In this document: one piece after another, positions 20,787 through 30,849 of the stretch | Layout of the letters: each line of letters starts with the position of its first letter | Position numbering within the stretch: the first letter of the stretch is position 1 | Source of the DNA: Thermoanaerobaculia bacterium | GTDB lineage: Bacteria; Acidobacteriota; Thermoanaerobaculia; Multivoradales; Multivoraceae | Assembly: GCA_963664405.1 (NCBI GenBank) | Contig: OY761158.1 | Span: forward strand, 672,001-736,000 | Direction of reading: 5' to 3' | DNA: 64,000 bases | Made by a program: the position numbers and the translations under genes | Notes under the pieces: generated by a model | Database searches by the model: none | What the model saw: the letters and a program-made list of their open reading frames with translations, nothing else | What the model was told of the DNA's origin: nothing

Positions 20787-21891
20787 ACCACTAGCTGAGG
20801 CCGAGCGCCTCATGACGATCTGCAATGCCTGCCGCTATTGCGAGGGGTTCTGCGCGGTCTTCCCAGCCATGGAGCGCCGCAGAAGCTTCTTGGAGGGCGA
20901 TCTCATCTACCTGGCGAACCTCTGTCACGACTGCCGTGGCTGCTACTACGCCTGCCAATATGCTCCGCCGCACGAATTTGGCGTCAATCTACCGCGAACC
21001 TTCGCCGAGCTCAGACTCGAGACCTACGAAGACTACAGCTGGCCACGCCTTCTCGGCGGACTCTTCCGGCGCAACGGGGTCGCGATCGGCGCCCTCCTGG
21101 CCTTCTGTGTGATCTTGGTACTTGTCCTCGTTCTCACCTTCCAGGGGCCAACGGCCCTAAGCTCCGCGGCTCGAGAGCCAGGGGACTTCTACACTGTTGT
21201 CCCCTATGTGGCGATGGTGGCCCCGGCCGCCGCCATCCTCCTCTTCGGCATCGGCGTCTTCGTTTCCGGATTCCTCCGTTTCTGGCGCAGCTCCGGCGGC
21301 CGCTTTCGGGATCTACTGGATCCCCAAGCTCATCTCAGAGCCTCCCGCGACGCTCTTGCACTGAAATACGCAAAGGGTGGAGGCGACGGCTGCAATTACC
21401 CTGACGAAGGCTTTTCCCACGCGCGACGCTGGCTCCATCAGCTGGTCGTCTACGGTTTCCTGCTCGACCTGGCGTCAACGACCCTGGCGGCGATCTACCA
21501 ACACTTCCTCCACCGCATTGCCCCTTATCCGTATCTCAGCGCACCCGTGGTCCTCGGCACGGTCGGAGGGGTCGGCCTGCTGGTCGGGACAGCGGGCTTG
21601 CTCTACCTCAAGTTCGGTGCCGACGATCGCCCGGCCGACGGGAAGACCAGAGCCATGGATGTGGCCTTCCTGATACTTCTCTTCCTGACCAGCCTCACCG
21701 GGCTCCTGCTCGTGGGCCTTCGAGCAACGTCAATGATGGGCTCCCTCCTGGTAGTGCATTTGGGGGTGGTGGCGGGTCTCTTCATCACCCTGCCCTACGG
21801 CAAGATGGCACACGTCGTCTACCGTTACGCAGCCCTCCTGCGCAACGCACTCGAGGAAGCGCACGATAAGGCAGCCAGCACATCCGGCTAG
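20773..21891 (+). CDS. tcuB: Tricarballylate utilization 4Fe-4S membrane protein
   Basis: CNACRYCEGFC, CHDCRGCYYACQYAPPHEF, transmembrane helices, PYGKMAH; overlaps tcuA. Confidence 0.93.
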   Translation: MPSPEPLAEAERLMTICNACRYCEGFCAVFPAMERRRSFLEGDLIYLANLCHDCRGCYYACQYAPPHEFGVNLPRTFAELRLETYEDYSWPRLLGGLFRRNGVAIGALLAFCVILVLVLVLTFQGPTALSSAAREPGDFYTVVPYVAMVAPAAAILLFGIGVFVSGFLRFWRSSGGRFRDLLDPQAHLRASRDALALKYAKGGGDGCNYPDEGFSHARRWLHQLVVYGFLLDLASTTLAAIYQHFLHRIAPYPYLSAPVVLGTVGGVGLLVGTAGLLYLKFGADDRPADGKTRAMDVAFLILLFLTSLTGLLLVGLRATSMMGSLLVVHLGVVAGLFITLPYGKMAHVVYRYAALLRNALEEAHDKAASTSG

Positions 21892-22595
21892 TCGCCGACA
21901 GTGGCGCTCTGAGCAGCGCTGAAGAACTCGTGAGCGCTCTCGAACGGCGCCAGCCGAGAGACGATTCTTCGTGTAGCCGCGTGTGCCGAGGGCGGAAAGC
22001 TCGCAAGGCGGTCTACCAACGCCCGCGCCACGTTCAGAACCTCGCCATCGGGAACGGCCCTCACCGCCAGGCCGAGCCTAGCAAGGTCCTCTCCGTAGTA
22101 GCGCTCCGCACTCATGACCATTTCATAGGTGCGAGTGAGACCGAGCTTGAGAGTCAGCCAGGCGACGTTCATCGGAGCCGGGCGACCGAGACGCGCCTCG
22201 GCGACCTCGAAGAAGGCGCCCTCACCGGCGATCAAGAGATCGCAGGCGAGAGCCAGACCCGAGCCACCCGCGATCGCAAAACCCTCGAGAGCGCCCACAA
22301 CCGGTTTCGGGCAGTCGAACATAGCGGCATGAAAATCACACCATCTCTCTGAGAAGTCTTTTCGCCACGCCTGTGGCGGCTCTACGGCGAATTCTTTGAG
22401 GTCCATGCCGGCACAAAAGCCGCCCTCCGCCCCCCGAATCAGGACCGCGCCGATCTCATCGTCCGCCGACAGCTCCTCCAGACCCGCGTGCAGACCCTCG
22501 AGCAAGGGGCCGTTGAGGGCGTTCTTTCTCTCTGGGCGGTTGAGAACGAGCTCACCACGTCGACCTACCCGCTCTACCCGTACCGGTTCACTCAT
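21888..22595 (-). CDS. Enoyl-CoA hydratase/isomerase family
   Basis: LNRPERKNAL, FCAGMDL and AGGSGLALACD motifs. Confidence 0.9.
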   Translation of the reverse strand: MSEPVRVERVGRRGELVLNRPERKNALNGPLLEGLHAGLEELSADDEIGAVLIRGAEGGFCAGMDLKEFAVEPPQAWRKDFSERWCDFHAAMFDCPKPVVGALEGFAIAGGSGLALACDLLIAGEGAFFEVAEARLGRPAPMNVAWLTLKLGLTRTYEMVMSAERYYGEDLARLGLAVRAVPDGEVLNVARALVDRLASFPPSAHAATRRIVSRLAPFESAHEFFSAAQSATVGD

Positions 22596-22703
22596 GGCTT
22601 CCTCCCCTGTGTTGACCCGCCTCGGGCACTCTACTCCGAACGACCTCTAGCAAGACAGAGTCGGCTCGGAAGTCAGCGGGCGTGTATCATCTCGCATTCG
22701 AGA

Positions 22704-24464
22704 ATGCGCTTCTCCCGACTACTACTGACCCTCGTACTTGCCCTGGTTGCGCCCCCGCAGCCCGGCTTCTCGAGCGATGCTGCCGTCCCCATCGAGACCT
22801 TCGAGCTCGACAACGGCATGCGCTTTTACGTGGTCCAGCGTCCTGAGCTCACCACCGTTTCGGCGTCTTGGGTCGCCCACGTCGGTTCGTCGAACGAGCG
22901 TCCCGGTATCACCGGCCTCGCCCATCTCTTCGAGCACATGATGTTCAAGGGCTCGAGAACCATCGGTACCACGGACAGCGAGCGAGACCGGGAGATCATC
23001 GAAGAACAGGAACAGGTGCAAGAAGAGATCCGGGCCATCTATCAGGCAGATCGTGGGCGCTGGCGCCGCGGCGAGATCGAGGCCCCCTACGCGGCGGAAC
23101 ACCAAAGCGACGATCTAGCCGAGCTCCAGGAGAGATTCAGGAGTCTCGCCGACGAACAACGCGGACTGATGGTGAAAGACGAGTTCTCCAAGATCTACAC
23201 CGACGCCGGCGCTACTTTTCTCAACGCCATGACCAGCCAGGACGTTACGGCCTACATCATCAACGTACCGGCAAACAAGCTCGAGCTCTGGTTCTGGATG
23301 GAATCGGAACGGCTCTTGAACCCGGTCTTTCGAGAGTTCTACACCGAGCGCGACGTGGTCTACGAAGAACGTCGCTTGAGGACCGAGGCAACCGCCACCG
23401 GCGCGTACGATGAACAGCTCAATGCCATGTTCTGGGGCTCGCACCCCTACTCCTGGCCCATCGTCGGCTGGCCCTCCGACCTGCGGGTCATCACTAAACA
23501 GCAAGCCGACGAATTCTTCTCGACTTACTACGCTCCGAACAACCTTTCCGCGATTCTGGTGGGCAACGTCGACATCGCCGAAGCCAGGCGCCAGGCCGAG
23601 CGCTATTTCGGCCGCATTCCGCGAGGGGACGCGGCTCCTCCGGATGTCGTCACTCTGGAAATAGAGCAGCTTGCGGAAAAACGGATGGTTGCCGAGTGCG
23701 ACTGCCCTCCACAGCTGAACATCCTCTACCATACCGCCCCCTTCGGCCACCGCGACGACTACGTCCTCGATGTCTTCTCCGGCCTCCTCAATGGCCGAAC
23801 CGGCCGACTCTATAAATCGATGATCGAAGGAGCGGAGATCGCCAGCAGCGCCCGCGTTGCCAACCTCGCAAGCAAGTGGGCCGGTTCATTCTCCGTTTCG
23901 GCCGAGACCATGGGAGATCACGCGCCCGAAGATCTCCTCGCCCAATGGGAAAAAGTGCTGGCCGAGCTCCAACAGAGCCCGGTCTCGGCAGCAGAGCTCG
24001 ACAAAGTCAAAAACATCCTCACCGCCGACGTCTATCGCCGACTGGAGAGCCCGTTCTACCTGATGATGCAGCTCGCTCTGTACACCGGGCAGGGCGATGC
24101 CACCTACCTCAACACGTTCGCTGACCGGGTCGCGGCGGTCACGGCCGAGGACGTACAGAGACTCGCGAACACCTACTTCGACCCAGCGAACCGGCTGGTA
24201 GGCGTCTATACCCGCAAGGAAGGCACTCGAGCGGAAGAGGTACCGTCGGAGTTGGAGGCGCTCCCTGCCGAGATGAGGCAGAGGGTGCTCCAGCAGATAA
24301 ACGAGATCAACGGGCAAACAGAGGCTGCGCCGCTGGAAGAGGCGCTCAGCCAGGTGCGGAGCCAATCCGAACAGGTCCCGGCAGCGATGAAGCCTGCATT
24401 CGCCTACATGATCCAAGTTATCCAACAACGCCTCGAAGTCCTCGCCAACGAGGGTGCGAGATGA
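22704..24464 (+). CDS. M16 family zinc metallopeptidase, catalytic subunit (secreted)
   Basis: LDNG, GLAHLFEHMMFKGS (HXXEH), NAMTS and VYEERR motifs; signal peptide. Confidence 0.92.
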   Translation: MRFSRLLLTLVLALVAPPQPGFSSDAAVPIETFELDNGMRFYVVQRPELTTVSASWVAHVGSSNERPGITGLAHLFEHMMFKGSRTIGTTDSERDREIIEEQEQVQEEIRAIYQADRGRWRRGEIEAPYAAEHQSDDLAELQERFRSLADEQRGLMVKDEFSKIYTDAGATFLNAMTSQDVTAYIINVPANKLELWFWMESERLLNPVFREFYTERDVVYEERRLRTEATATGAYDEQLNAMFWGSHPYSWPIVGWPSDLRVITKQQADEFFSTYYAPNNLSAILVGNVDIAEARRQAERYFGRIPRGDAAPPDVVTLEIEQLAEKRMVAECDCPPQLNILYHTAPFGHRDDYVLDVFSGLLNGRTGRLYKSMIEGAEIASSARVANLASKWAGSFSVSAETMGDHAPEDLLAQWEKVLAELQQSPVSAAELDKVKNILTADVYRRLESPFYLMMQLALYTGQGDATYLNTFADRVAAVTAEDVQRLANTYFDPANRLVGVYTRKEGTRAEEVPSELEALPAEMRQRVLQQINEINGQTEAAPLEEALSQVRSQSEQVPAAMKPAFAYMIQVIQQRLEVLANEGAR

Positions 24465-25981
24465 ACGTGGCAGGCTCAAAGCAGTCGATAGTGGGCCGAG
24501 TCACCTTGCTCGTCTGTGTAGCCGCGGTCGGGGCGCAGGCCCTCAGCGGACAAGACATCCCGTCGCGACCCGAAGACTTAGCATTCCGAGATCTGGGATT
24601 CGAGGTACCGCGAGCCGAATCGATTCGCCATGAGCTATCCGACGGCGTAGTCGTTTACGCGGTCGAAGACCACACCCTCCCCCTCGTCGACATCGGCCTC
24701 CAGCTGCGGACGGGAAGCTTCCTCGAGTCGGCGGAGAAGACCGGCTTGGCCAAACTCACGGGCGCCTTGCTGCGATCGGGAGGTACAACGACACGGGCGC
24801 CAGGGGAGCTCGACGAAGAGATCGACGCCCTCGCCGCGAACATTCGGATGTCGATCGGCAACACTTCGGCCTCAGCCAACCTCAACTGCCTGACCGCGAA
24901 GCTCGACGAATGTCTGGCGATCTTCTTCGACATGCTCGAAAACCCGCGCTTCGACGAGGAGCGTCTCGAGCTCGAGAAGTCGATTCTCGAGGAAGGCCTC
25001 GCCCAGCGCAACGACGACCCCGCAAGGCTTTCCAGCCGTGAGTGGCGGTGGCTGCTTTACGGCGAAGAACACTTCTCTTCGCGCCAGATTACGACTTCCA
25101 CCCTCGAAGCCATCGAGCGCGAAGACCTGGTGGCCTTCCACCGCGACCACTGGGGCCCCGCAGGCATGGTGGTGACGGTCTCGGGAGATATAGAGAGCGA
25201 GGTCATCCTGAACAAGCTGGGGCAGAAGATCGCGGCATGGCCGAGTCAGCACAAGAAGACGCCATGGCCACCGCCGGCCCCCGACTACAACCCGCGACCC
25301 GGCGTCTATTCCGTTGAGAAGGACATTCCCCAAGGGCGGGTCCAGATCGGCCACCTCGGCATTCAGCGTTCTCGATGGGACGATCCCGCGCACTTCGCGC
25401 TGCAGGTGATGAACAGCATTCTCGGAGGTGGAGGTTTCACCTCTCGTCTGATGAAAAGGATCCGCTCCGATGAAGGCCTCGCCTACTCCGCCGGATCCTC
25501 CTTCGACATCGCCAGCCTTTATTGGCCGGGTACATTTCGGATCTTCTTTCAGTCGAAGAGCGAGTCGGTAGCGCTCGCCACCCAGATTGCGATCGAGGAG
25601 ATCCATCGACTGCGCAGTGAAGAAGTCAGCGACGAAGAGCTCGAGACCGCGAAGAGCTCCTTCATCGAGACTCTGCCACGGCGCTTCGACTCACCCCGAT
25701 CCGTGACTACGATCTTCGCGGCCGACGAGATCCTCGGTCGTTCGCACGCGTACTGGTATGACTACCGGAAGAATCTCGGCGCGGTGACGAAGGCTGAGAT
25801 TCTTCAGGTCGCTCGCAAGTATCTCGACCCCGACAAGCTCATCTTGCTGATCGTGGGAAATTGGGAGGCCATCGCCAAGGGGGATCCCGGCGGTCGAGCT
25901 TCGATGACCGACATTCTCGAAGGAGCTGTCAACGTAGTGCCGCCTCGAGATCCGCTCACCCTCGAGCCTTTGTCGCCGTAA
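24461..25981 (+). CDS. M16 family peptidase, non-catalytic partner subunit
   Basis: EDHTLPLV and LGGGGFTSRL..RIRSDEGLAY motifs; no HXXEH; ATGA overlap with the upstream gene. Confidence 0.9.
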   Translation: MNVAGSKQSIVGRVTLLVCVAAVGAQALSGQDIPSRPEDLAFRDLGFEVPRAESIRHELSDGVVVYAVEDHTLPLVDIGLQLRTGSFLESAEKTGLAKLTGALLRSGGTTTRAPGELDEEIDALAANIRMSIGNTSASANLNCLTAKLDECLAIFFDMLENPRFDEERLELEKSILEEGLAQRNDDPARLSSREWRWLLYGEEHFSSRQITTSTLEAIEREDLVAFHRDHWGPAGMVVTVSGDIESEVILNKLGQKIAAWPSQHKKTPWPPPAPDYNPRPGVYSVEKDIPQGRVQIGHLGIQRSRWDDPAHFALQVMNSILGGGGFTSRLMKRIRSDEGLAYSAGSSFDIASLYWPGTFRIFFQSKSESVALATQIAIEEIHRLRSEEVSDEELETAKSSFIETLPRRFDSPRSVTTIFAADEILGRSHAYWYDYRKNLGAVTKAEILQVARKYLDPDKLILLIVGNWEAIAKGDPGGRASMTDILEGAVNVVPPRDPLTLEPLSP

Positions 25982-26287
25982 TCAAAGCAACCCATCGACT
26001 CGGAGAGGTCGGTGTTTGCCAATGCCTACTCCAGCCCCAGACATCTGGGAGCGCTAGAGGCTACAACTGCTGGCCACCCGTTGGTTGATCTCTCCGGAGC
26101 TAGGAGCGCCGTCCTCCACTGGACTCTCACCAAGTCCCGCAAAATGCAAAGCCTCATGAATCAGCACGGCGGCGGCGCGATCGGCAGGGAGACTTGCAAA
26201 CCCCCGGCACAGGCGTGTCACCGGGCTGCCCACAACGGTGAATGCACTTGCATGCCGACACAGGCGCCTCTCTTGCGGGTTCGAAGC

Positions 26288-27037
26288 AGAGACATAGCCT
26301 TCCCTTGGAGGACCTCTCGTGGGAACCGCACGACTACTTTGCCGAGTCCATGACCGAAGCGCTGATTACGGACCTTGCGCAGATTCCCTCTCTGCGAGTG
26401 ACCTCGCGGCAATCTGTCGAGCGCTACCAGCGGCAGTGATGCCACAGTTGGCGACATCGCCAAGGCTCTCGGAGTAGAGGCGATCGTCCAGGGATCGGTC
26501 TTGCGCGAGGCGGACCGTGTCCGCATCAGCGTCCACCTCATCGACGCGCCAAGCGACAGTCATCTATGGGCGCAGGACTACGAGCGCCCTTATCAACACG
26601 TTCTGATGCTCCAGCGCGACGTAGCAAGCGCGATAACCCAAGAGATCCGCGTATCGCTGACCCCGGACGAGCAAGTTCAGCTGGCGAGCTACCGGGCGGT
26701 CGACCCCAAGGCGCACGACCTTTACCTGCGGGGTCGCTTCGAGCTCCATCGCTGCGAAATAGACGGACCGAACGACACTGACAACCTCTTCGACGAAGCG
26801 ATCGCGGTCGACCCGACCTATCGCCTCTACGAGTCTCCCCAGTTCGCAATCGACGAGTACCCGATAGCCGTCCTCAAAGCAGGCATGGGAGACGCGGAGG
26901 GTGCGCTGGACAGCCTCGAGAACGCACTGGCGCAGCACTCCCCCAACATGATCTACCTCAGAGTGGAGCCTTTTCTCGGACCTGTTCGTCACAACCCCCG
27001 TTACAGGGCGCTACAAGACGAGCTCATGCTGCGCTAG
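26288..27037 (+). pseudogene. Degraded TolB-like/TPR protein (C-terminal region of a Ser/Thr kinase or adenylate cyclase type)
   Basis: LPLEDLS..DYFAESMTEALITDLAQI..LRVTSR, then a frameshift near 26431 into VQGSVLRE.DRVRI...LWAQDYER...LYLRGR; most TPRs are missing before the LRVEP C-terminus. Confidence 0.8.
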
Positions 27038-27070
27038 GGGGTCGGCGGAGGTGTGGCAAAATGCCACTCC

Positions 27071-28639
27071 ATGAAGGAGCTCATCTATCACCGCCACTTC
27101 CTCCCGGCCCTAGAGATCTTCGGTGATCGCACTGCGGTCATTGACGGATCTTACGAGGCCACGTTCAGCCAACACGGGGAGCGCACCCTTCGCCTTGCCA
27201 ACGCTCTACGCACCGAGCTCGGCCTCACCAAGAGCGACCGCTTCGCAGTGATGGCGGCAACCAGCCACGAGTACCTCGAGCTCTACCATGCCGCCTACCT
27301 CGGCGCCGGCGTCATCAATCCCCTGAACCTGCGCTTGGCGGGCAAAGAGCTCGATTACATCGTGCGTGACTCCGGAACTGAGATCGTGTTCGTCGATCAA
27401 CACTTCGCGGAGGCGATGGACGTAGCGATGAAGGCGTCTGGGGACCGGAGCCCCATACGCAAGACCATTCTCATCGGCGACGGAGACGGACCTGCAGACC
27501 TGCGCTACGAGGACCTCCTCGCCAGTGCAGCAGCGGCGGTGCCGCCGGAACCGGAGGAAGAAGACTCAGTGGTCCTCATGTACACCGGAGGTACCACCGG
27601 CCTACCGAAAGGCGTGCTCGTCAACCAGCGCGCCGAGACCCTCAACTGGTATCACGCAGGAATGGCCATCGGCTTTGCCGACGACGATGTAAGTCTGCTG
27701 CAGACACCCATCTTTCATGCCGCATCGATGGTCACCCTGCTCGCGGTGCCGGTGACCGGAGGAACGACGGTGATGATGCCGATGTTCGATCCTGAGGCCG
27801 CAATCGCTCTGATCGAGAAACACGGCGTCACCATGACCGGGATGGTGCCGACCATGATCACCATGATGCTCAACCATCCGAGCTTCGCTCCTGAGCGACT
27901 GAAGTCGCTGCGAAGGCTCATCTACGGTGCATCTCCGATGCCGTCGGCGCTTCTCGACCGGCTCTTGGAGATGTTTCCCGACATGGAGATCGGCCAGGGC
28001 TACGGGATGACCGAGAGCTCGTCGATCCTGACCTATCTCGGCGCCAAGGAGCACAGAGCAGGGGGAGACCGGATGCGTTCGGTGGGTCGAGCCCTTCCCG
28101 GCGTGGTGCTCTCGATCCAGGATCCCGAGGGCAGCCTTCTCCCGACCGGAGAGACCGGTGAGGTCTGTGCCAAGGCCGGAAACTACATGACCGAGTACTG
28201 GAACAAGCCGGAGGCCACTGAAGAAGCGTTCCGCGACGGTTGGTATCACACCGGCGATGCCGGTTACCTCGACGACGGCGGCTACCTCTTCCTCGTCGAC
28301 CGGGTCAAGGACATGATCGTCAGCGGCGGTGAGAACGTCTATTCGGTCGAAGTGGAGAACGCGATCTCGACCCACCCCGCGGTGGCCCAGGTGGCGGTCA
28401 TCGGCATTCCCCACGATATCTGGGGTGAGGCGGTTCACGCCATCGTCATCTGCCACGAGGGAGCGGAGGTGAGCGAGGCGGAGATCATCTCCCACGCTCG
28501 CACCTCGATTGCAGGCTACAAGACACCGAAGACCGTAGAGTTCCGGACCGAGCCCCTTCCTCTCTCCGGCGCCCTCAAGGTGCTCAAGCGCGCGCTACGG
28601 CGGCCCTTCTGGGAGGGTAAGGGCCGAGGCATCAACTAG
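27071..28639 (+). CDS. Long-chain fatty acid--CoA ligase (AMP-binding)
   Basis: YTGGTTGLPKG, GYGMTE, HTGD and DRVKDMIVSGGENV motifs. Confidence 0.92.
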   Translation: MKELIYHRHFLPALEIFGDRTAVIDGSYEATFSQHGERTLRLANALRTELGLTKSDRFAVMAATSHEYLELYHAAYLGAGVINPLNLRLAGKELDYIVRDSGTEIVFVDQHFAEAMDVAMKASGDRSPIRKTILIGDGDGPADLRYEDLLASAAAAVPPEPEEEDSVVLMYTGGTTGLPKGVLVNQRAETLNWYHAGMAIGFADDDVSLLQTPIFHAASMVTLLAVPVTGGTTVMMPMFDPEAAIALIEKHGVTMTGMVPTMITMMLNHPSFAPERLKSLRRLIYGASPMPSALLDRLLEMFPDMEIGQGYGMTESSSILTYLGAKEHRAGGDRMRSVGRALPGVVLSIQDPEGSLLPTGETGEVCAKAGNYMTEYWNKPEATEEAFRDGWYHTGDAGYLDDGGYLFLVDRVKDMIVSGGENVYSVEVENAISTHPAVAQVAVIGIPHDIWGEAVHAIVICHEGAEVSEAEIISHARTSIAGYKTPKTVEFRTEPLPLSGALKVLKRALRRPFWEGKGRGIN

Positions 28640-29049
28640 GCCGTCCACGCAGCGATCCTCAACGGCGCGATGCGGATGACCTCGGGTCCCACCTCTACCT
28701 CGGCATACTGCGGGTACTTCTCGCGCAGAGAGGCGAGGACCCTAGCCACCTCTGCGCCTGCCACCAAGGAGCCCTCACCCTCGACAAGCACGTAGCGGAG
28801 CCGTCTCCAATCCTCCTCGTAGTGATCGACCAGCAGAGCCGCTCGCGGGTTGGTCTCGAGGTTGCGAACTCGCTTCAGCCGCCGTGTGGTCTTGGGCTTG
28901 CCGTCGATCGGCGTGTATAGGGCATCACCGTCGAATACGAAACAGACGGGAACGAGATGCGGCTGTCCATCCTCGCCCGTGGTCGCCAGACGACCGACTC
29001 TCGCCGCTCGCAGCAGCTCTAACGCCCAGCCGGGCGCCTCGAGGGTCAT
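28636..29049 (-). CDS. PPOX-class F420-dependent oxidoreductase (Rv0121-like)
   Basis: RVGRLAT, PHLVPVCF, DGKPKT, NPRAALLVDHYEEDW and KYPQY motifs. Confidence 0.88.
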   Translation of the reverse strand: MTLEAPGWALELLRAARVGRLATTGEDGQPHLVPVCFVFDGDALYTPIDGKPKTTRRLKRVRNLETNPRAALLVDHYEEDWRRLRYVLVEGEGSLVAGAEVARVLASLREKYPQYAEVEVGPEVIRIAPLRIAAWTA

Positions 29050-29882
29050 ACCAGGAGCCGAGCGTAGCGATCGAGGCGCGGCAGCACCTGGTCGGCCTGC
29101 TCAGGAGGAAGCCACAGAATCGCTCGATCGACGCCCGCCGCGGCGAACCCGTCGAGAGCCTCTCGCTGGGCTGGAGCGGCGAAGAGAGAGACCGAGATCG
29201 TACTGCGATCGCGGCCGGCCTCCGCTGCCAGCTCGTCGAGCTTTCGCAGCCCGGAGAGCACCAGCTCCGCGTTGCGGCCGCGGGGAAACCAACCGTCGCA
29301 GAAATCGACAACTCGGCGCAGCGTGTGAATCGACTCGCCGCCCAGGAGGATCGGCGGGTGGGGGTCCTGGACCGGCTTGGGCCACGACCAGACCGGGTCG
29401 AAGTCGACGAACTCGCCGTGGAACTCCGCCGCGTCCTGAGTCCAGACCTCTTTGAAGGCCCGTGCCTGCTCCTCCAGCTTGCGAAAGCGGCCCTCGAATG
29501 CAGTGCCGTGGTTTTCCATCTCCTCGCGGAGCCAGCCCGCGCCGAGGCCCAACTCGAAACGACCCCCGGAGAGGAGATCGAGGCTCGCGACTGCTTTGGC
29601 CGTGGTCAGGGTGTCGCGCTCGATGATCAGGCAAATACCGGTCCCGAGCCGCAGAGTCTTGGTCACCGCCGCGGCGGCCGCCAGCGACACAAAGGGGTCC
29701 AGAGTGTGGGAGTACTCCCGTGGTAGCTCTCCCCCGCCAGGGAAGGGCGTCTTGCGACTTGCGGGGATGTGGGTGTGCTCCGGCACCCAGAGAGATTCGA
29801 ATCCCCGATCCTCGACCTCGACCGCTAACTGGTCGAGGGGGATTGCGTCGTCGGTCGCGAACATAAAGACGCCTAGCTTCAT
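29046..29882 (-). CDS. LLM-class F420-dependent oxidoreductase (Rv2161c-like), copy 2
   Basis: GFESLWVPEHTHIP, DPFVSL, GTGICL and PKPVQDPHPP motifs. Confidence 0.9.
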   Translation of the reverse strand: MKLGVFMFATDDAIPLDQLAVEVEDRGFESLWVPEHTHIPASRKTPFPGGGELPREYSHTLDPFVSLAAAAAVTKTLRLGTGICLIIERDTLTTAKAVASLDLLSGGRFELGLGAGWLREEMENHGTAFEGRFRKLEEQARAFKEVWTQDAAEFHGEFVDFDPVWSWPKPVQDPHPPILLGGESIHTLRRVVDFCDGWFPRGRNAELVLSGLRKLDELAAEAGRDRSTISVSLFAAPAQREALDGFAAAGVDRAILWLPPEQADQVLPRLDRYARLLV

Positions 29883-30712
29883 AACAGCTCCGCATATTTG
29901 TCGAGAAGAGGAAGAACGGCGTCGCGATCTTCCGACGGTAGCCCTAGAATCGCGCGGTCCGCGCCGGCCTCGGTATAGGCCTCGATGACCTCCTTTTGCG
30001 GCCGGGTACCGAAGACACTGACGTTGATGGTGTCTCGAGACCGCCCCGCCTCTTCAGCCCGTCGGTCGAGATCGGCCAGCCCCTCGACGATCGCCTTCTG
30101 CGAGAAGCCGATCGGCAGCCAGCCCTCGCAGAAATCCACGACTCGCTGACGCGTGTATTCGGTATAGCCGCCAAGATAGACCGGCGGGTGGGGCTTGGTG
30201 ACCGGCTTGGGCCAGCTCCAGATCGGATCGAAGTCGACGTACTTCCCGTGGTACTCGGGCTCGTCCTCGGTCCAGATCTCTTTCATCGCCATCACCTGCT
30301 CCTCCAAGCGCTTGAAGCGCGTCGAGTAGTCGGTGCCATGGTTCTCCATCTCCTCGCGATTCCAACCTCCGCCGATACCGAAAAGCAGGCGTCCGCCGGA
30401 GAGTGCATCGAGACTCGCGACTTCCTTGGCGGTGGTGATGGTGTCGCGCTCGATGATCAGGCAGATGCCGGTACCCACCTTCAGCTTCTCGGTCGCAGCG
30501 GCCGCCGCCATGAGGGAAACGAAGGGATCGTAGGCATGCCAATACTGCTTGGGCAGATCTCCACCGGCTGGGAAAGGCGTGGCGCGGCTGGTGGGAATGT
30601 GAGTGTGTTCTGGGACCCAGAGAGACTCGAAACCTCGCGCCTCCGCCTCGCGAGCGAGCTCGTCGATACGAATCGCGTAGTCGGTGGCGAAGATACTGAG
30701 ACCGATATCCAT
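29879..30712 (-). CDS. LLM-class F420-dependent oxidoreductase (Rv2161c-like), copy 1
   Basis: Same motifs as the neighbouring paralog; 4-nt overlap. Confidence 0.9.
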   Translation of the reverse strand: MDIGLSIFATDYAIRIDELAREAEARGFESLWVPEHTHIPTSRATPFPAGGDLPKQYWHAYDPFVSLMAAAAATEKLKVGTGICLIIERDTITTAKEVASLDALSGGRLLFGIGGGWNREEMENHGTDYSTRFKRLEEQVMAMKEIWTEDEPEYHGKYVDFDPIWSWPKPVTKPHPPVYLGGYTEYTRQRVVDFCEGWLPIGFSQKAIVEGLADLDRRAEEAGRSRDTINVSVFGTRPQKEVIEAYTEAGADRAILGLPSEDRDAVLPLLDKYAELL

Positions 30713-30849
30713 ATGCGACCTCCAAGTCGTTGTCGGGAAAGACGTAGCGTACAACGCCGAAGCCGGTGCACCATGGTAGCTTCTGCCTTCTTTTCACCGG
30801 CAGAGATGGACTTTGCTGCAATGCCGATTCGTGTCGAGCCGCGACCCGC

